A stretch of 32,000 nucleotides of DNA, taken from NCBI RefSeq assembly GCF_001997385.1, contig NZ_CP019633.1, positions 630,001-662,000 of the forward strand, read 5' to 3'. The notes below the pieces were generated by a model. The model saw only the letters and a list, made by a program, of their open reading frames with translations. It made no database searches and had not been told where the DNA came from. This DNA is from Sedimentisphaera cyanobacteriorum (lineage in GTDB: Bacteria > Planctomycetota > Phycisphaerae > Sedimentisphaerales > Sedimentisphaeraceae). The position numbers were made by a program, and so were the translations under genes. Below are positions 1-8,263 of the stretch, in pieces (the first letter of the stretch is position 1; the number at the start of each line of letters is the position of its first letter).

Positions 1-1
1 A

Positions 2-568
2 CAGGCAACTCTGCACGTGGTTAAGGTTTTCTGGTCGCTGCAGTCCAGCCTTGCCCAGCAGAGACACTTCCCCGCTATCGATTGGCTCACCAGCTACTCG
101 TTCTACAAGGAGTATCTCGGCAAGAGCTTTGATGATGAGCAGGTGGCAGAAGAGATGATGGAAATGATAAACACGTTTATGTCTCTGCTTGAGAAAGAAG
201 CCGGACTGCTTGAGATTGTAAGGCTCGTAGGCGCCGAGGCGATCAGCTCAGCAGACAGGGTTTCGCTTGAAACAGCGAAGACCGTTCGTGAAGACTTCCT
301 CCACCAAAACGCATTCCACAGCGTTGATACATACACCTCGCTGGAAAAGCAGTATGAAATGCTCAAAACTATTCTGCACCTGCACAATGTCTCGCTCGAG
401 GCGCTGAATTCCGGTGCCGATATCGACGAGGTTGTCGCTGCGGGCGTGAAGGAAGATATTGCAAGAAGCAAATATACGCCGGAAGATGAGCTTGATAAAT
501 TCGCTCAGATTCGCGAAAAGATTGATGAACAGGTTGGCTCTTTAAAGAAGGAGCAGGTGAATGCTTAA
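2..568 (+). CDS. atpA: V-type (A/V) ATP synthase catalytic subunit A, C-terminal fragment (5' end lies outside the window)
   Basis: The frame is open from the window edge. The translation ...[21 protein letters not shown]... matches the conserved A-subunit segment. Its stop overlaps the start of the next gene (ATGCTTAA at 561-568). Confidence 0.9.
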   Translation, partial: QATLHVVKVFWSLQSSLAQQRHFPAIDWLTSYSFYKEYLGKSFDDEQVAEEMMEMINTFMSLLEKEAGLLEIVRLVGAEAISSADRVSLETAKTVREDFLHQNAFHSVDTYTSLEKQYEMLKTILHLHNVSLEALNSGADIDEVVAAGVKEDIARSKYTPEDELDKFAQIREKIDEQVGSLKKEQVNA

Positions 569-1961
569 AGAATATAAAACAGTATCCAGTATTGCAGGGC
601 CGCTGATGGTCGTTGAGGGCGTCGAAGACGCTAAGTATGGCCATATTGTCGATATAGAGCTTGGAGACGGCTCTATGAGGCACGGACAGATCCTGCAGGT
701 TGACGGTAAAAAGGTTCTCGTGCAGGTATTCGAGGGCACTGAGGGAATTGATATTGATGAATCGAAAGTTCGTCCGCTCGGCAAGCCACTCGAGCTGGGT
801 GTATCTCCGGATATCCTCGGCAGGGTCTTCACCGGTATCGGCGTGCCTTCAGATGACGGGCCTGATATAATCCCCGAAAAAAGGCTCAATATCAACGGCA
901 GTCCGATTAATCCATTCAGCCGTGATTATCCCAACGAGTTTATCCAGACAGGAATCTCAACCATAGACGGGCTAAACCCCCTTGTTCGCGGTCAGAAGCT
1001 GCCTGTCTTCTCAGGCTCAGGTCTTCCGCACGACGAGCTTACTGCACAGCTTGCAAGGCAGGCTACTGTATTAGGTGATGATGAGCAGTTTGCGGTTGTG
1101 TTCGCTGCAATGGGTATTACATTTGAGGCCGCTCAGTTTTTCATCAAAGATCTTACCGATACCGGTGCAATTGAGCGTGCAGCATTGTTTATAAACCTCG
1201 CAAATGATCCGGCTATCGAAAGAATTTCTACGCCGCGTGTTGCCCTTACAGCAGCGGAATATCTCGCTTTCGACAGAGGGATGCAGGTGCTCGTAATTCT
1301 CAACGATATGACAAACTACTGCGAGGCCCTCAGGCAGATTAGTGCTTCAAGGCTCGAGGTTCCTGGTAGAAGGGGTTACCCGGGATATCTTTATACAGAC
1401 CTTGCAACAATTTACGAACGTGCCGGCAGGGTTAAGGGCAATCAAGGCTCTATAACGATGGTGCCTGTGCTCACAATGCCCGAAGATGATAAAACTCACC
1501 CCGTACCAGACCTTACAGGATATATCACAGAGGGGCAGATTATTATGTCCCGCTCGCTCTACAGAAACAACGTTACCCCGCCTGTGGATGTTATGCCAAG
1601 CCTTTCAAGGCTTAAGGATAAGGGTATCGGCGAAGGTAAAACACGCGACGATCATGCAGACGTTTACAATCAGCTCTATGCGGCCTATGCAAGGGGTAAG
1701 GAAGCTCAGGAGCTTGCTACAATTCTCGGCGAGGCGGCTTTGAGCGAAGAGGATCAGAAGTATATGAAGTTTGCAAATGAGTTTGAGGCAAGATACATCA
1801 AACAGGGCTATCGGGAAAACCGCTCTGTTTATGAAACACTTGATCTGGGCTGGGAACTTCTAACTATGTTCGAAGATGCAGAGCTCAAGCGTATTGACAA
1901 AGAGCTTATCGATAAGTATATGCCTAAGTTCAGATCTTCTGCAGGGCAGAATTCAGAATAA
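561..1961 (+). CDS. atpB: V-type ATP synthase subunit B
   Basis: 466 aa. The N-terminus [21 protein letters not shown] and internal [22 protein letters not shown] are typical of V/A-type B subunits. SD AAGGAG at 547-552. 8-nt overlap with subunit A. Confidence 0.95.
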   Translation: MLKEYKTVSSIAGPLMVVEGVEDAKYGHIVDIELGDGSMRHGQILQVDGKKVLVQVFEGTEGIDIDESKVRPLGKPLELGVSPDILGRVFTGIGVPSDDGPDIIPEKRLNINGSPINPFSRDYPNEFIQTGISTIDGLNPLVRGQKLPVFSGSGLPHDELTAQLARQATVLGDDEQFAVVFAAMGITFEAAQFFIKDLTDTGAIERAALFINLANDPAIERISTPRVALTAAEYLAFDRGMQVLVILNDMTNYCEALRQISASRLEVPGRRGYPGYLYTDLATIYERAGRVKGNQGSITMVPVLTMPEDDKTHPVPDLTGYITEGQIIMSRSLYRNNVTPPVDVMPSLSRLKDKGIGEGKTRDDHADVYNQLYAAYARGKEAQELATILGEAALSEEDQKYMKFANEFEARYIKQGYRENRSVYETLDLGWELLTMFEDAELKRIDKELIDKYMPKFRSSAGQNSE

Positions 1962-1985
1962 CACTAAATTTAATCGGCAAAGCAA

Positions 1986-2609
1986 ATGCAGGCAAATGTC
2001 AGTGCTACAAGAATGGAGATGCTCAGGCTTCGAAGGAAGGTTGAGCTTGCAGAAAGAGGCCATAAGCTTTTAAGCCAGAAGCGTGATGAGCTTTCAAGGC
2101 AGCTTGTGCAGATCTCACGCGGTATTGCTCCGCTTCGCAGGGAAGTGGAAAAGGCCCTGAACAACACTTCAAGGCGCTTTATGCTCGCAAGGGCATCAAT
2201 GGAGCCTGAAGATGTGGCAGCGGCTCTTGAGGTGCCAGTGAAAAAATTCAATCTTGCCGTGCAGTTTGCAAGCGTTATGAACGTGAAGGTTCCCTCTCTC
2301 GAGAAAAAGCTTGAGGGAGATGTAATCTGCTATGGATATGCAAAAACAAGTCCAGAGCTGGATGCTGCTCTCTATTCCCTCGAGAAGGTTTTTGATATGA
2401 TTATCGAACTGGCCGAGAAGGAAAAACAGGCATACCTGCTGGCTACAGACCTCCAGAAAACAAGGCGGAGGGTAAACGTACTTGAGCATGTTGTTATCCC
2501 TGAAACCAAAGACACAATAAAGTATATCGCTTCAAGGCTCAGCGAAAACGAAAGAGACAACACCAGCAGACTTATGATTATCGCTGATATAATCAGGGGA
2601 GATCAGTAG
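1986..2609 (+). CDS. atpD: V-type ATP synthase subunit D
   Basis: 207 aa, coiled-coil rich. The N-terminus ...TRMEMLRLRRKVELAERGHKLLSQKRDEL is the D-subunit signature. A-B-D is the canonical distal gene order. Confidence 0.9.
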   Translation: MQANVSATRMEMLRLRRKVELAERGHKLLSQKRDELSRQLVQISRGIAPLRREVEKALNNTSRRFMLARASMEPEDVAAALEVPVKKFNLAVQFASVMNVKVPSLEKKLEGDVICYGYAKTSPELDAALYSLEKVFDMIIELAEKEKQAYLLATDLQKTRRRVNVLEHVVIPETKDTIKYIASRLSENERDNTSRLMIIADIIRGDQ

Positions 2610-2779
2610 GGCGTTTAGAAGGCTTCAAGCATAAGCGTCTTTCTGCCTGAGGGAAAATATTGCCGGAATCCTGCCCGCAAACTTGAGCTTTTTTCATTTT
2701 TTTTGAAAAAAAAGCGAAGATATCTGTATTTTCAGTGTAGAGCTAACCTTTTTCTACTCTATGACTGAGGATATAAAAT

Positions 2780-3823
2780 ATGAGATTTTTCACGGTATTT
2801 CTGATTGCAGTTTTAATTGCTGCTTCTTCTTTTGGGCAGTGGGATTCTGCTTTAGACCACGACAGCAGCGGTGTTATTGATCTGGCTGATTTGTCATATT
2901 TTGCCAACCGCTGGCTCGAAACTTCTGACGTTGAAGTTCCCTCTGTTTGGGGGCTCAGCAAGGCAGAGGCGGAGGCTTCAATAATTTCCGCAGGTCTTTC
3001 TGTAGGCTCGCTCACCCAGCAGCACAGCCTTTCATTTCCTGAAGATACGGTGATAAGTCAGTACCCCGCTGCCGGAGATAGTGTTCCCGCAGGATCAAGA
3101 GTGAATATAATGGTGTCATTCTCAGGCGAGGATGGATTTAACGGTATGTCTTGGGTTTATATTGATGAGCCCGAATTTACTGGTTATGTGAGCAAGTATG
3201 AAATTACCAACGCCCAATACTGCAAATTCCTGACAGATGCTCTCGCCTGTGAAGATATTGATGTCCGGACAGACGGGATTTATGGTGTCCGGGGGGCATA
3301 TAACGGGCAGCTTTATTACGATATAGACGACCCCCACGCCCAAATTTCTTACTCAGACGGCAGTTTCTATTCAGAATCCCGCAGCGGCAATGATATGACC
3401 AGTCATCCGGTGGTGGAGGTGAGCTGGTTTGGAGCGAAAGCCTTTTGCGATTACTACGGCTATATACTCCCTTCTGAGCAGCAGTGGCAGGCTGGGGCAG
3501 ACTATCACGGGGCATTCGATTACGGCTGCGGCACAAGTATAGACAGCTCTAAGGCAAATTACGCATTAAACAATCCCGCAGGCCTTTCAAGCTTTCCTCA
3601 TACATCTTCCGCAGGCGAATTCGGAGAATACGGCTACGGCCTCTGCGATATGGCCGGGAACGTTTGGGAATGGACTGATACCATTTGGGGCGAGGGTTAT
3701 CGCGTGCTGAAGGGCGGGAGCTGGTGCGATTCTGCAGAGAATTGCAAGGTTGAAAGCAGATTGTCAGGTTCGCCTCTTGCAGGTCATTTCAATTATGGTT
3801 TTCGTGTGTTTATGCGCGAATAG
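2780..3823 (+). CDS. Secreted formylglycine-generating-enzyme (SUMF1/FGE-sulfatase) domain protein with an N-terminal dockerin-like EF-hand repeat and a PASTA domain
   Basis: Signal peptide MRFFTVFLIAVLIAASSFG. Ca-loop DHDSSGVIDLAD (aa 26-37). PASTA-like aa ~53-113 (VPSVWGLSKAEAEASIISAGLSVGSL...VISQYPAAGDSVPAGSRVNIMVS). FGE-fold motifs HPVVEVSWFGAKAFCDYYG, LPSEQQWQ, GNVWEWT, LKGGSWCDSAENC. SD TGAGGA at 2765-2770. Confidence 0.8.
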   Translation: MRFFTVFLIAVLIAASSFGQWDSALDHDSSGVIDLADLSYFANRWLETSDVEVPSVWGLSKAEAEASIISAGLSVGSLTQQHSLSFPEDTVISQYPAAGDSVPAGSRVNIMVSFSGEDGFNGMSWVYIDEPEFTGYVSKYEITNAQYCKFLTDALACEDIDVRTDGIYGVRGAYNGQLYYDIDDPHAQISYSDGSFYSESRSGNDMTSHPVVEVSWFGAKAFCDYYGYILPSEQQWQAGADYHGAFDYGCGTSIDSSKANYALNNPAGLSSFPHTSSAGEFGEYGYGLCDMAGNVWEWTDTIWGEGYRVLKGGSWCDSAENCKVESRLSGSPLAGHFNYGFRVFMRE

Positions 3824-4063
3824 AATCTATTTGTTAAGCTTAATCTGCATACTTTCTTAAGAGTGAGAGCCTTATAAAAGACGTTTGGAAGGCGGTATTT
3901 ATCGTATTCAAAAATATCAAACTTTGAATTTTTCTTGTATTGCCCCTTTTTTTGTGTAACATAAATCTCAATACAGTAATTTGAAAATTGATTTTTGACA
4001 GAAGGTTTAAAGCCGGATGTCTTTTTTTTTGCAATATTGTTCCGTGTTTCGGAAGGGATTTAA

Positions 4064-4891
4064 TTGAGCAGATTCAGCATAGACGGCATTCCCATCGGTT
4101 TTCAGGAGGATTTATTTGTTTTCGCAGGCCCTTGTGTTATCGAAAGCAGAGATTTATGTTTCAAAGTTGCAGAATTTCTCAAAGGTGTTTCGGAGAGGCT
4201 TTCTGCGGGCATAGTTTTCAAGGCCAGCTTCGATAAGGCAAATCGTTCAAGCATAACAAGTTTCAGAGGCCCGGGAATAGATGAGGGACTAAGGATTCTT
4301 CAGCAGGTTAAAGAACAGTTCCAACTTCCCGTTGTTACTGATATACACCTTCCATCGCAGGCCGCTCAGGTTGGCCAAGTGGCAGACTGCCTCCAGATAC
4401 CGGCATTTCTCTGCCGTCAGACAGACCTTCTTGCAGCCGCTGCTGAGACCGGTGCGGCGGTAAACGTGAAGAAGGGGCAGTTTTTGAGCCCTTGGGAGAT
4501 GAAAAATGTGGTAGGCAAACTCAAAGAATCCGGCTGCGAGAAGATAATGCTTTGCGAGAGAGGAACATTTTTCGGCTACAACCGCCTCGTTAATGATATG
4601 ACAGCTATCGGCGAGATGCAGAATCTGGGCTGTCCTGTAATATTCGATGCCACTCACAGCACCCAGCAGCCGGGCGGACTGGGCACTTCCAGCGCTGGGG
4701 CAAGGGAGAAAGCCCCGGTTCTCGCTGCTTCTGCTGTGGCTGCAGGGGCAAACGGACTTTTCTTTGAGATACACCCCAGCCCTGAAGAGGCCCTTTGCGA
4801 TTCTGCCTGTATGATGCGGATGAGCGATTTTGAAAAAACTCTCAAAAGGTGCAGGAGAATTTTTGATTTAATCAGGCGGGATGATGAGTGA
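4064..4891 (+). CDS. kdsA: 3-deoxy-8-phosphooctulonate (KDO-8-P) synthase
   Basis: 275 aa. Motifs LFVFAGPCVIESRDL, KASFDKANRSS, PVVTDIH, LQIPAFLCRQTDLL. TTG start preceded by GGAAGGGA at 4051-4058. Confidence 0.9.
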   Translation: MSRFSIDGIPIGFQEDLFVFAGPCVIESRDLCFKVAEFLKGVSERLSAGIVFKASFDKANRSSITSFRGPGIDEGLRILQQVKEQFQLPVVTDIHLPSQAAQVGQVADCLQIPAFLCRQTDLLAAAAETGAAVNVKKGQFLSPWEMKNVVGKLKESGCEKIMLCERGTFFGYNRLVNDMTAIGEMQNLGCPVIFDATHSTQQPGGLGTSSAGAREKAPVLAASAVAAGANGLFFEIHPSPEEALCDSACMMRMSDFEKTLKRCRRIFDLIRRDDE

Positions 4892-5837
4892 GAAAAAACA
4901 AGAAAAATTCAGCTATGTTTTCGGCCCGGTAAACTCAAGAAGGCTCGGTTCGAGTCTTGGCGTCGATATTCTGCCGCTCAAGACCTGCACGCAGAACTGC
5001 ATATACTGCCAGCTTTGTATGGATGAACCGCCGGTGATAGAAATCAAGACTTATGCCGAACCGGATAAGGTGATTGATGAGGTTTGCAGGCGTCTGGAAT
5101 CGGGTGTAAAGGTTGATTACGTAACATTCAGCGGCTCCGGCGAACCCACACTTCACAAAGACATTGGATACATAATCGAAAAGCTTAAACAGAAGACCGG
5201 CAAAAAGATAGCCGTTATTACAAACGGTACTATGCTCTGGAAGCAGGAAGTGCGCAGAAGACTCCAGCAGGCAGATTTAGTTATGCCCTCGCTCGACGGC
5301 TTCGACCAGCAGTCTTTCCAAACTATAAACAGGCCTCACGAGACAGTTACGTTTGATAAGCTGATAACAGGTCTTGAGCAGTTCAGCAGAGAATTTAATG
5401 GTCAGTACTGGCTAGAGGTGTTTTTGATTAAGGGCATCAATACATCTTTAGAGAGTCTTGAAAAGCTGAAAAAACTTGTGAACAAAATAAAACCTGATAG
5501 AATACAGCTTAATACAGTAATTCGTCCCGGAGCCGAACCTTCTTTGAAGGCTCTGAGCGAGAAAGAGCTCATTAAGGCGGCTAAGATCATGGGAATCGGC
5601 CATGAGGGATTGATTCATTATGAAACAGCAGAAACCGCTGCCAATGCTGAGGGTATAGAAAATCAGGTTACAGAGCTGCTGAGAAGACGTGCTTGCAGAA
5701 AGCTTGACATTGCTGAGGGGCTCGGAACAGAATTGACTCTGTTGGAGCCTGTCATTGAACAGCTTGAAAAGCAGGAGCTGCTGGAATCATTTGAATACAA
5801 CGGTGAGGTTTTCTACAAGCTGAAAAGCTCGAAGTAA
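4881..5837 (+). CDS. Radical SAM protein of unassigned function (single CX3CX2C cluster, C-terminal helical/wHTH-like tail)
   Basis: C36-X3-C40-X2-C43 (KTCTQNCIYCQ, nt 4986-5009). GSGEPTL SAM-binding motif. N-terminal FGPVNSRRLGSSLGVDILP motif. No SPASM-type extra Cys clusters. 11-nt overlap with kdsA. Confidence 0.85.
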   Translation: MMSEKKQEKFSYVFGPVNSRRLGSSLGVDILPLKTCTQNCIYCQLCMDEPPVIEIKTYAEPDKVIDEVCRRLESGVKVDYVTFSGSGEPTLHKDIGYIIEKLKQKTGKKIAVITNGTMLWKQEVRRRLQQADLVMPSLDGFDQQSFQTINRPHETVTFDKLITGLEQFSREFNGQYWLEVFLIKGINTSLESLEKLKKLVNKIKPDRIQLNTVIRPGAEPSLKALSEKELIKAAKIMGIGHEGLIHYETAETAANAEGIENQVTELLRRRACRKLDIAEGLGTELTLLEPVIEQLEKQELLESFEYNGEVFYKLKSSK

Positions 5838-5869
5838 TAGGTAACAGAACAATTAGGAAGGAGACATTA

Positions 5870-6304
5870 ATGAAGTTAACCGCAAAAAGCAGGTATGGTA
5901 TCAGAGCGGCTATAGAGCTTGCTTTAAGGTGGCAGAAAGGGCCTGTTCAGATAAAAATAATTGCTGAAAACGAAAATATTTCGTTGAAATATCTCGAGCA
6001 GCTTCTCACTCAAATGAAATCAGCCGACCTTGTGCAGAGCATAAGGGGTGCAAAAGGCGGCTACTACCTCACTAAATCTCCAGAACAGATTAGTCTGTAC
6101 GATATTATAAAGGTTATTGAAGGACCAATCGAACCTGTAGAGTGTATGTCTGGTATGAATATCTGCGGGGATTGCGATCAATGCGCAGTCAAAGAGATTT
6201 CTCATTATATGTCTGATATGATTGCTGAGGAGCTGAAAAAGCACGACCTCAAATCCCTTGCTGAGAAAACTTTAGAATTGAGAAACGCTGGGAGTGATAA
6301 CTAA
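5870..6304 (+). CDS. Rrf2 family transcriptional regulator (IscR/NsrR/CymR-like, Cys-cluster bearing)
   Basis: 144 aa. N-terminal wHTH MKLTAKSRYGIRAAIELA...GPVQIKIIAENENISLKYLEQLL and RGAKGGYYL. Cys92, 99, 102 and 105 could ligate an Fe-S cluster. SD AGGAAGGAG at 5855-5863. Confidence 0.9.
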   Translation: MKLTAKSRYGIRAAIELALRWQKGPVQIKIIAENENISLKYLEQLLTQMKSADLVQSIRGAKGGYYLTKSPEQISLYDIIKVIEGPIEPVECMSGMNICGDCDQCAVKEISHYMSDMIAEELKKHDLKSLAEKTLELRNAGSDN

Positions 6305-6305
6305 A

Positions 6306-7226
6306 ATGGCTGAATATTTTGAGAGCATTACAGGCACTATAGGCAATACCCCGCTTGTAGAATTGACCAGGCTGGGTGATTTTCAAGGGCGCATTTTTGG
6401 AAAATGCGAGTTTTTTAACCCATGCGGCAGCGTGAAAGATAGAATAGCCCTCTATATGATAAATGAGGCTGAAAAATCCGGCAAAATCACCCCTGAAACG
6501 GTAGTTATAGAGCCCACCAGCGGAAATACAGGAATTGGGCTTGCATTTATCTGCGCCTCCAGAGGATACAGGCTAATGCTTACTATGCCCGAATCGATGA
6601 GTATTGAAAGGCGAAAGCTTCTGAATATGCTGGGGGCAGAGATAGTGCTCACAGAAGCCTCCGCAGGAATGAAAGGCGCTTTAAATAAAGCCGAAGAATT
6701 AGCTCAAGAGCATAAACCAAGCTTCATACCTCAACAGTTCAACAACCCCGCAAACCCCAAAGCCCACCGAGAAACTACTGCTCTGGAAATTGAACGTGAC
6801 CTCGGCGAAGGGATTGATTATTTTGTTGCAGGCGTAGGTACCGGAGGAACAATTACCGGCTGCAGTGAGTATCTAAAGGAAAAGAATAAAGAAATGATAT
6901 CTGTTGCAGTAGAGCCGGAGGGCTCGCCAGTACTCTCTGGCGGTAAAGCAGGACCGCACCGAATACAAGGTATCGGTGCGGGCTTTGTACCCGATGTGCT
7001 GAACCGTTCTGTAATAGACAGAATTGTTAAAGTTAATGAGCAGCAGGCAACGGAAACTTCAAAGCTTCTTGCAAAGAAAGAAGGTATTTTAGTGGGCATA
7101 AGTGCAGGGGCTAATGTCTTTGCTGCTATGCAGGTAGCCAATTCCCCCGAGGCAAAGGGCAAGAACATCGTTACTGTTCTATGCGATACCGGGGAGAGAT
7201 ATATATCCACAGAGCTTTTCTCATAA
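6306..7226 (+). CDS. cysK: Cysteine synthase A (O-acetylserine sulfhydrylase)
   Basis: Motifs NTPLVEL, NPCGSVKDR (PLP lysine), TSGNTGIGLA, GVGTGGTITG. I prefer the ATG at 6306, 1 nt after the rrf2 stop with GGGAGTGA upstream. The ORF track offers GTG at 6294. Confidence 0.92.
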   Translation: MAEYFESITGTIGNTPLVELTRLGDFQGRIFGKCEFFNPCGSVKDRIALYMINEAEKSGKITPETVVIEPTSGNTGIGLAFICASRGYRLMLTMPESMSIERRKLLNMLGAEIVLTEASAGMKGALNKAEELAQEHKPSFIPQQFNNPANPKAHRETTALEIERDLGEGIDYFVAGVGTGGTITGCSEYLKEKNKEMISVAVEPEGSPVLSGGKAGPHRIQGIGAGFVPDVLNRSVIDRIVKVNEQQATETSKLLAKKEGILVGISAGANVFAAMQVANSPEAKGKNIVTVLCDTGERYISTELFS

Positions 7227-7244
7227 TATTCATGGAGAAATAAA

Positions 7245-8156
7245 ATGGGCAATACTTCTGAAATGGTAAAGAAAATCGTAGATTCCTGCCTTGATGACAG
7301 GGCGGTTAATTTCTGCGAAAACAAAAATCTTCCCCATAGAAGAGAGATTGAATTGTGTCTGGAAGATATTCTTGAAGTATTGTTCCCGGGTTATTCAGGC
7401 AGATACAGCATACGAAGTGATAATATTCAATATGTAATAGGCGGTTTGCTGTGCTCGATAAAAGAAAGGCTCTCACGTCAGACTCTGCTGGCCTTGAAGT
7501 ATCAGTGCCAGCACGAGCCGGATGATATCTGCGAACAATGCGTAAGCGCTTCGAAAAAAGCAGTTGATGATTTTATTGAAAAAATCCCTTCCATAAGGGA
7601 AGTGCTTAAAACGGACATTGAAGCCGCTTATGAAGGTGATCCGGCAGCTCAAACCAAAGAGGAAATAGTGATAAGCTACCCGGGACTTCGGTGCATAGCT
7701 GTCCATAGAGTAGCGCACGAATTTTACAAAGCGGGAGTGCCGCTGATTCCGAGGATTATGAGCGAAAATGCTCATCAGGTTACCGGCATTGACATTCACC
7801 CGGGGGCAAATATAGGAAATTACTTCTTCATAGACCACGGCACAGGGGTTGTTATAGGCGAAACAGCTGTCATCGGAGAGCATGTAAAGATTTATCAGGG
7901 CGTTACACTCGGAGCCCTGAGCTTCAAAAAGGACAGCAATGGAAATATTATAAAGGGCGGGAAACGCCACCCAACAATAGAAGACAACGTAACTATCTAC
8001 GCTGAGGCAACCATACTCGGTGATGTGGTGATAGGCGAGGGCTCTGTGATTGCTGGTAATACTTGGGTGAAAGAGTCTGTAGAACCCGGCCAGACCGTGA
8101 TGAGCGTTAATCCGGAGCTGGTGATTAGAGGCAAACGCAAGGGGAAGAAGTCCTGA
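7245..8156 (+). CDS. cysE: Serine O-acetyltransferase (long form with ~140-aa N-terminal extension)
   Basis: Motifs DPAAQTKEEIVISYPGL...AVHRVAHEFY and the hexapeptide region IDIHPGANIGNYFFIDHGTGVVIGETAVIGEHVKIYQGVTLG. SD GGAGA at 7234-7238. Confidence 0.9.
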   Translation: MGNTSEMVKKIVDSCLDDRAVNFCENKNLPHRREIELCLEDILEVLFPGYSGRYSIRSDNIQYVIGGLLCSIKERLSRQTLLALKYQCQHEPDDICEQCVSASKKAVDDFIEKIPSIREVLKTDIEAAYEGDPAAQTKEEIVISYPGLRCIAVHRVAHEFYKAGVPLIPRIMSENAHQVTGIDIHPGANIGNYFFIDHGTGVVIGETAVIGEHVKIYQGVTLGALSFKKDSNGNIIKGGKRHPTIEDNVTIYAEATILGDVVIGEGSVIAGNTWVKESVEPGQTVMSVNPELVIRGKRKGKKS

Positions 8157-8181
8157 TTTTTCAAAGCTTCCGAATTTTTCG

Positions 8182-8209
8182 TTGATACCGGCCTTTGAAA
8201 GGATAAAAT
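8182..8209 (+). promoter_or_regulatory. Candidate nadA promoter: TTGATA-N16-TAAAAT
   Basis: -35 at 8182-8187 and -10 at 8204-8209. It is flanked by the inverted repeat TTCCGAA (8168-8174) / TTCGGAA (8210-8216). Confidence 0.35.
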
Positions 8210-8263
8210 TTCGGAAAGTACAGCACAATTTTGATTTTTATAAAAGCAGTTACACCATAGATT

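Noticed and set aside
2687-2715. T8-G-A8 perfect palindrome (2697-2713) within GCTTTTTT...AAAAAAGC after the V-ATPase D gene.
   Set aside because: It could be an AT-only hairpin or terminator for the ATPase operon. The pairing is purely A-U, with no GC stem and no separate U-tract. I could not distinguish it from simple homopolymer runs in AT-rich spacer DNA.
3906-3929. Inverted repeat ATTCAAA-N10-TTTGAAT, and a weak GACA...TGTC hairpin followed by T9 (3997-4030), upstream of kdsA.
   Set aside because: The arms are short and AT-rich, as expected by chance in this composition. They do not match any operator I can name, and the hairpin is too weak to call a terminator with confidence.
3840-4034. 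64-aa basic ORF on the - strand in the FGE/kdsA spacer. An 82-aa + strand ORF at 3988-4236 overlaps the kdsA start.
   Set aside because: Neither has an SD. The composition reflects AT-rich spacer DNA. The + strand ORF is out of frame with the well-supported kdsA gene.
4881-5837. The idea that the radical SAM gene is the anaerobic sulfatase-maturating enzyme partnering the nearby FGE-like gene.
   Set aside because: The protein has only the single CX3CX2C cluster and lacks the additional SPASM/twitch Cys clusters and the length of anSMEs. It is coupled to kdsA and is separated from the FGE-like gene by a 240-nt spacer.
7473-8228. 251-aa ORF antisense to cysE.
   Set aside because: It is a shadow ORF opposite a clear serine acetyltransferase. 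The translation is low-information, with no start context or motifs.
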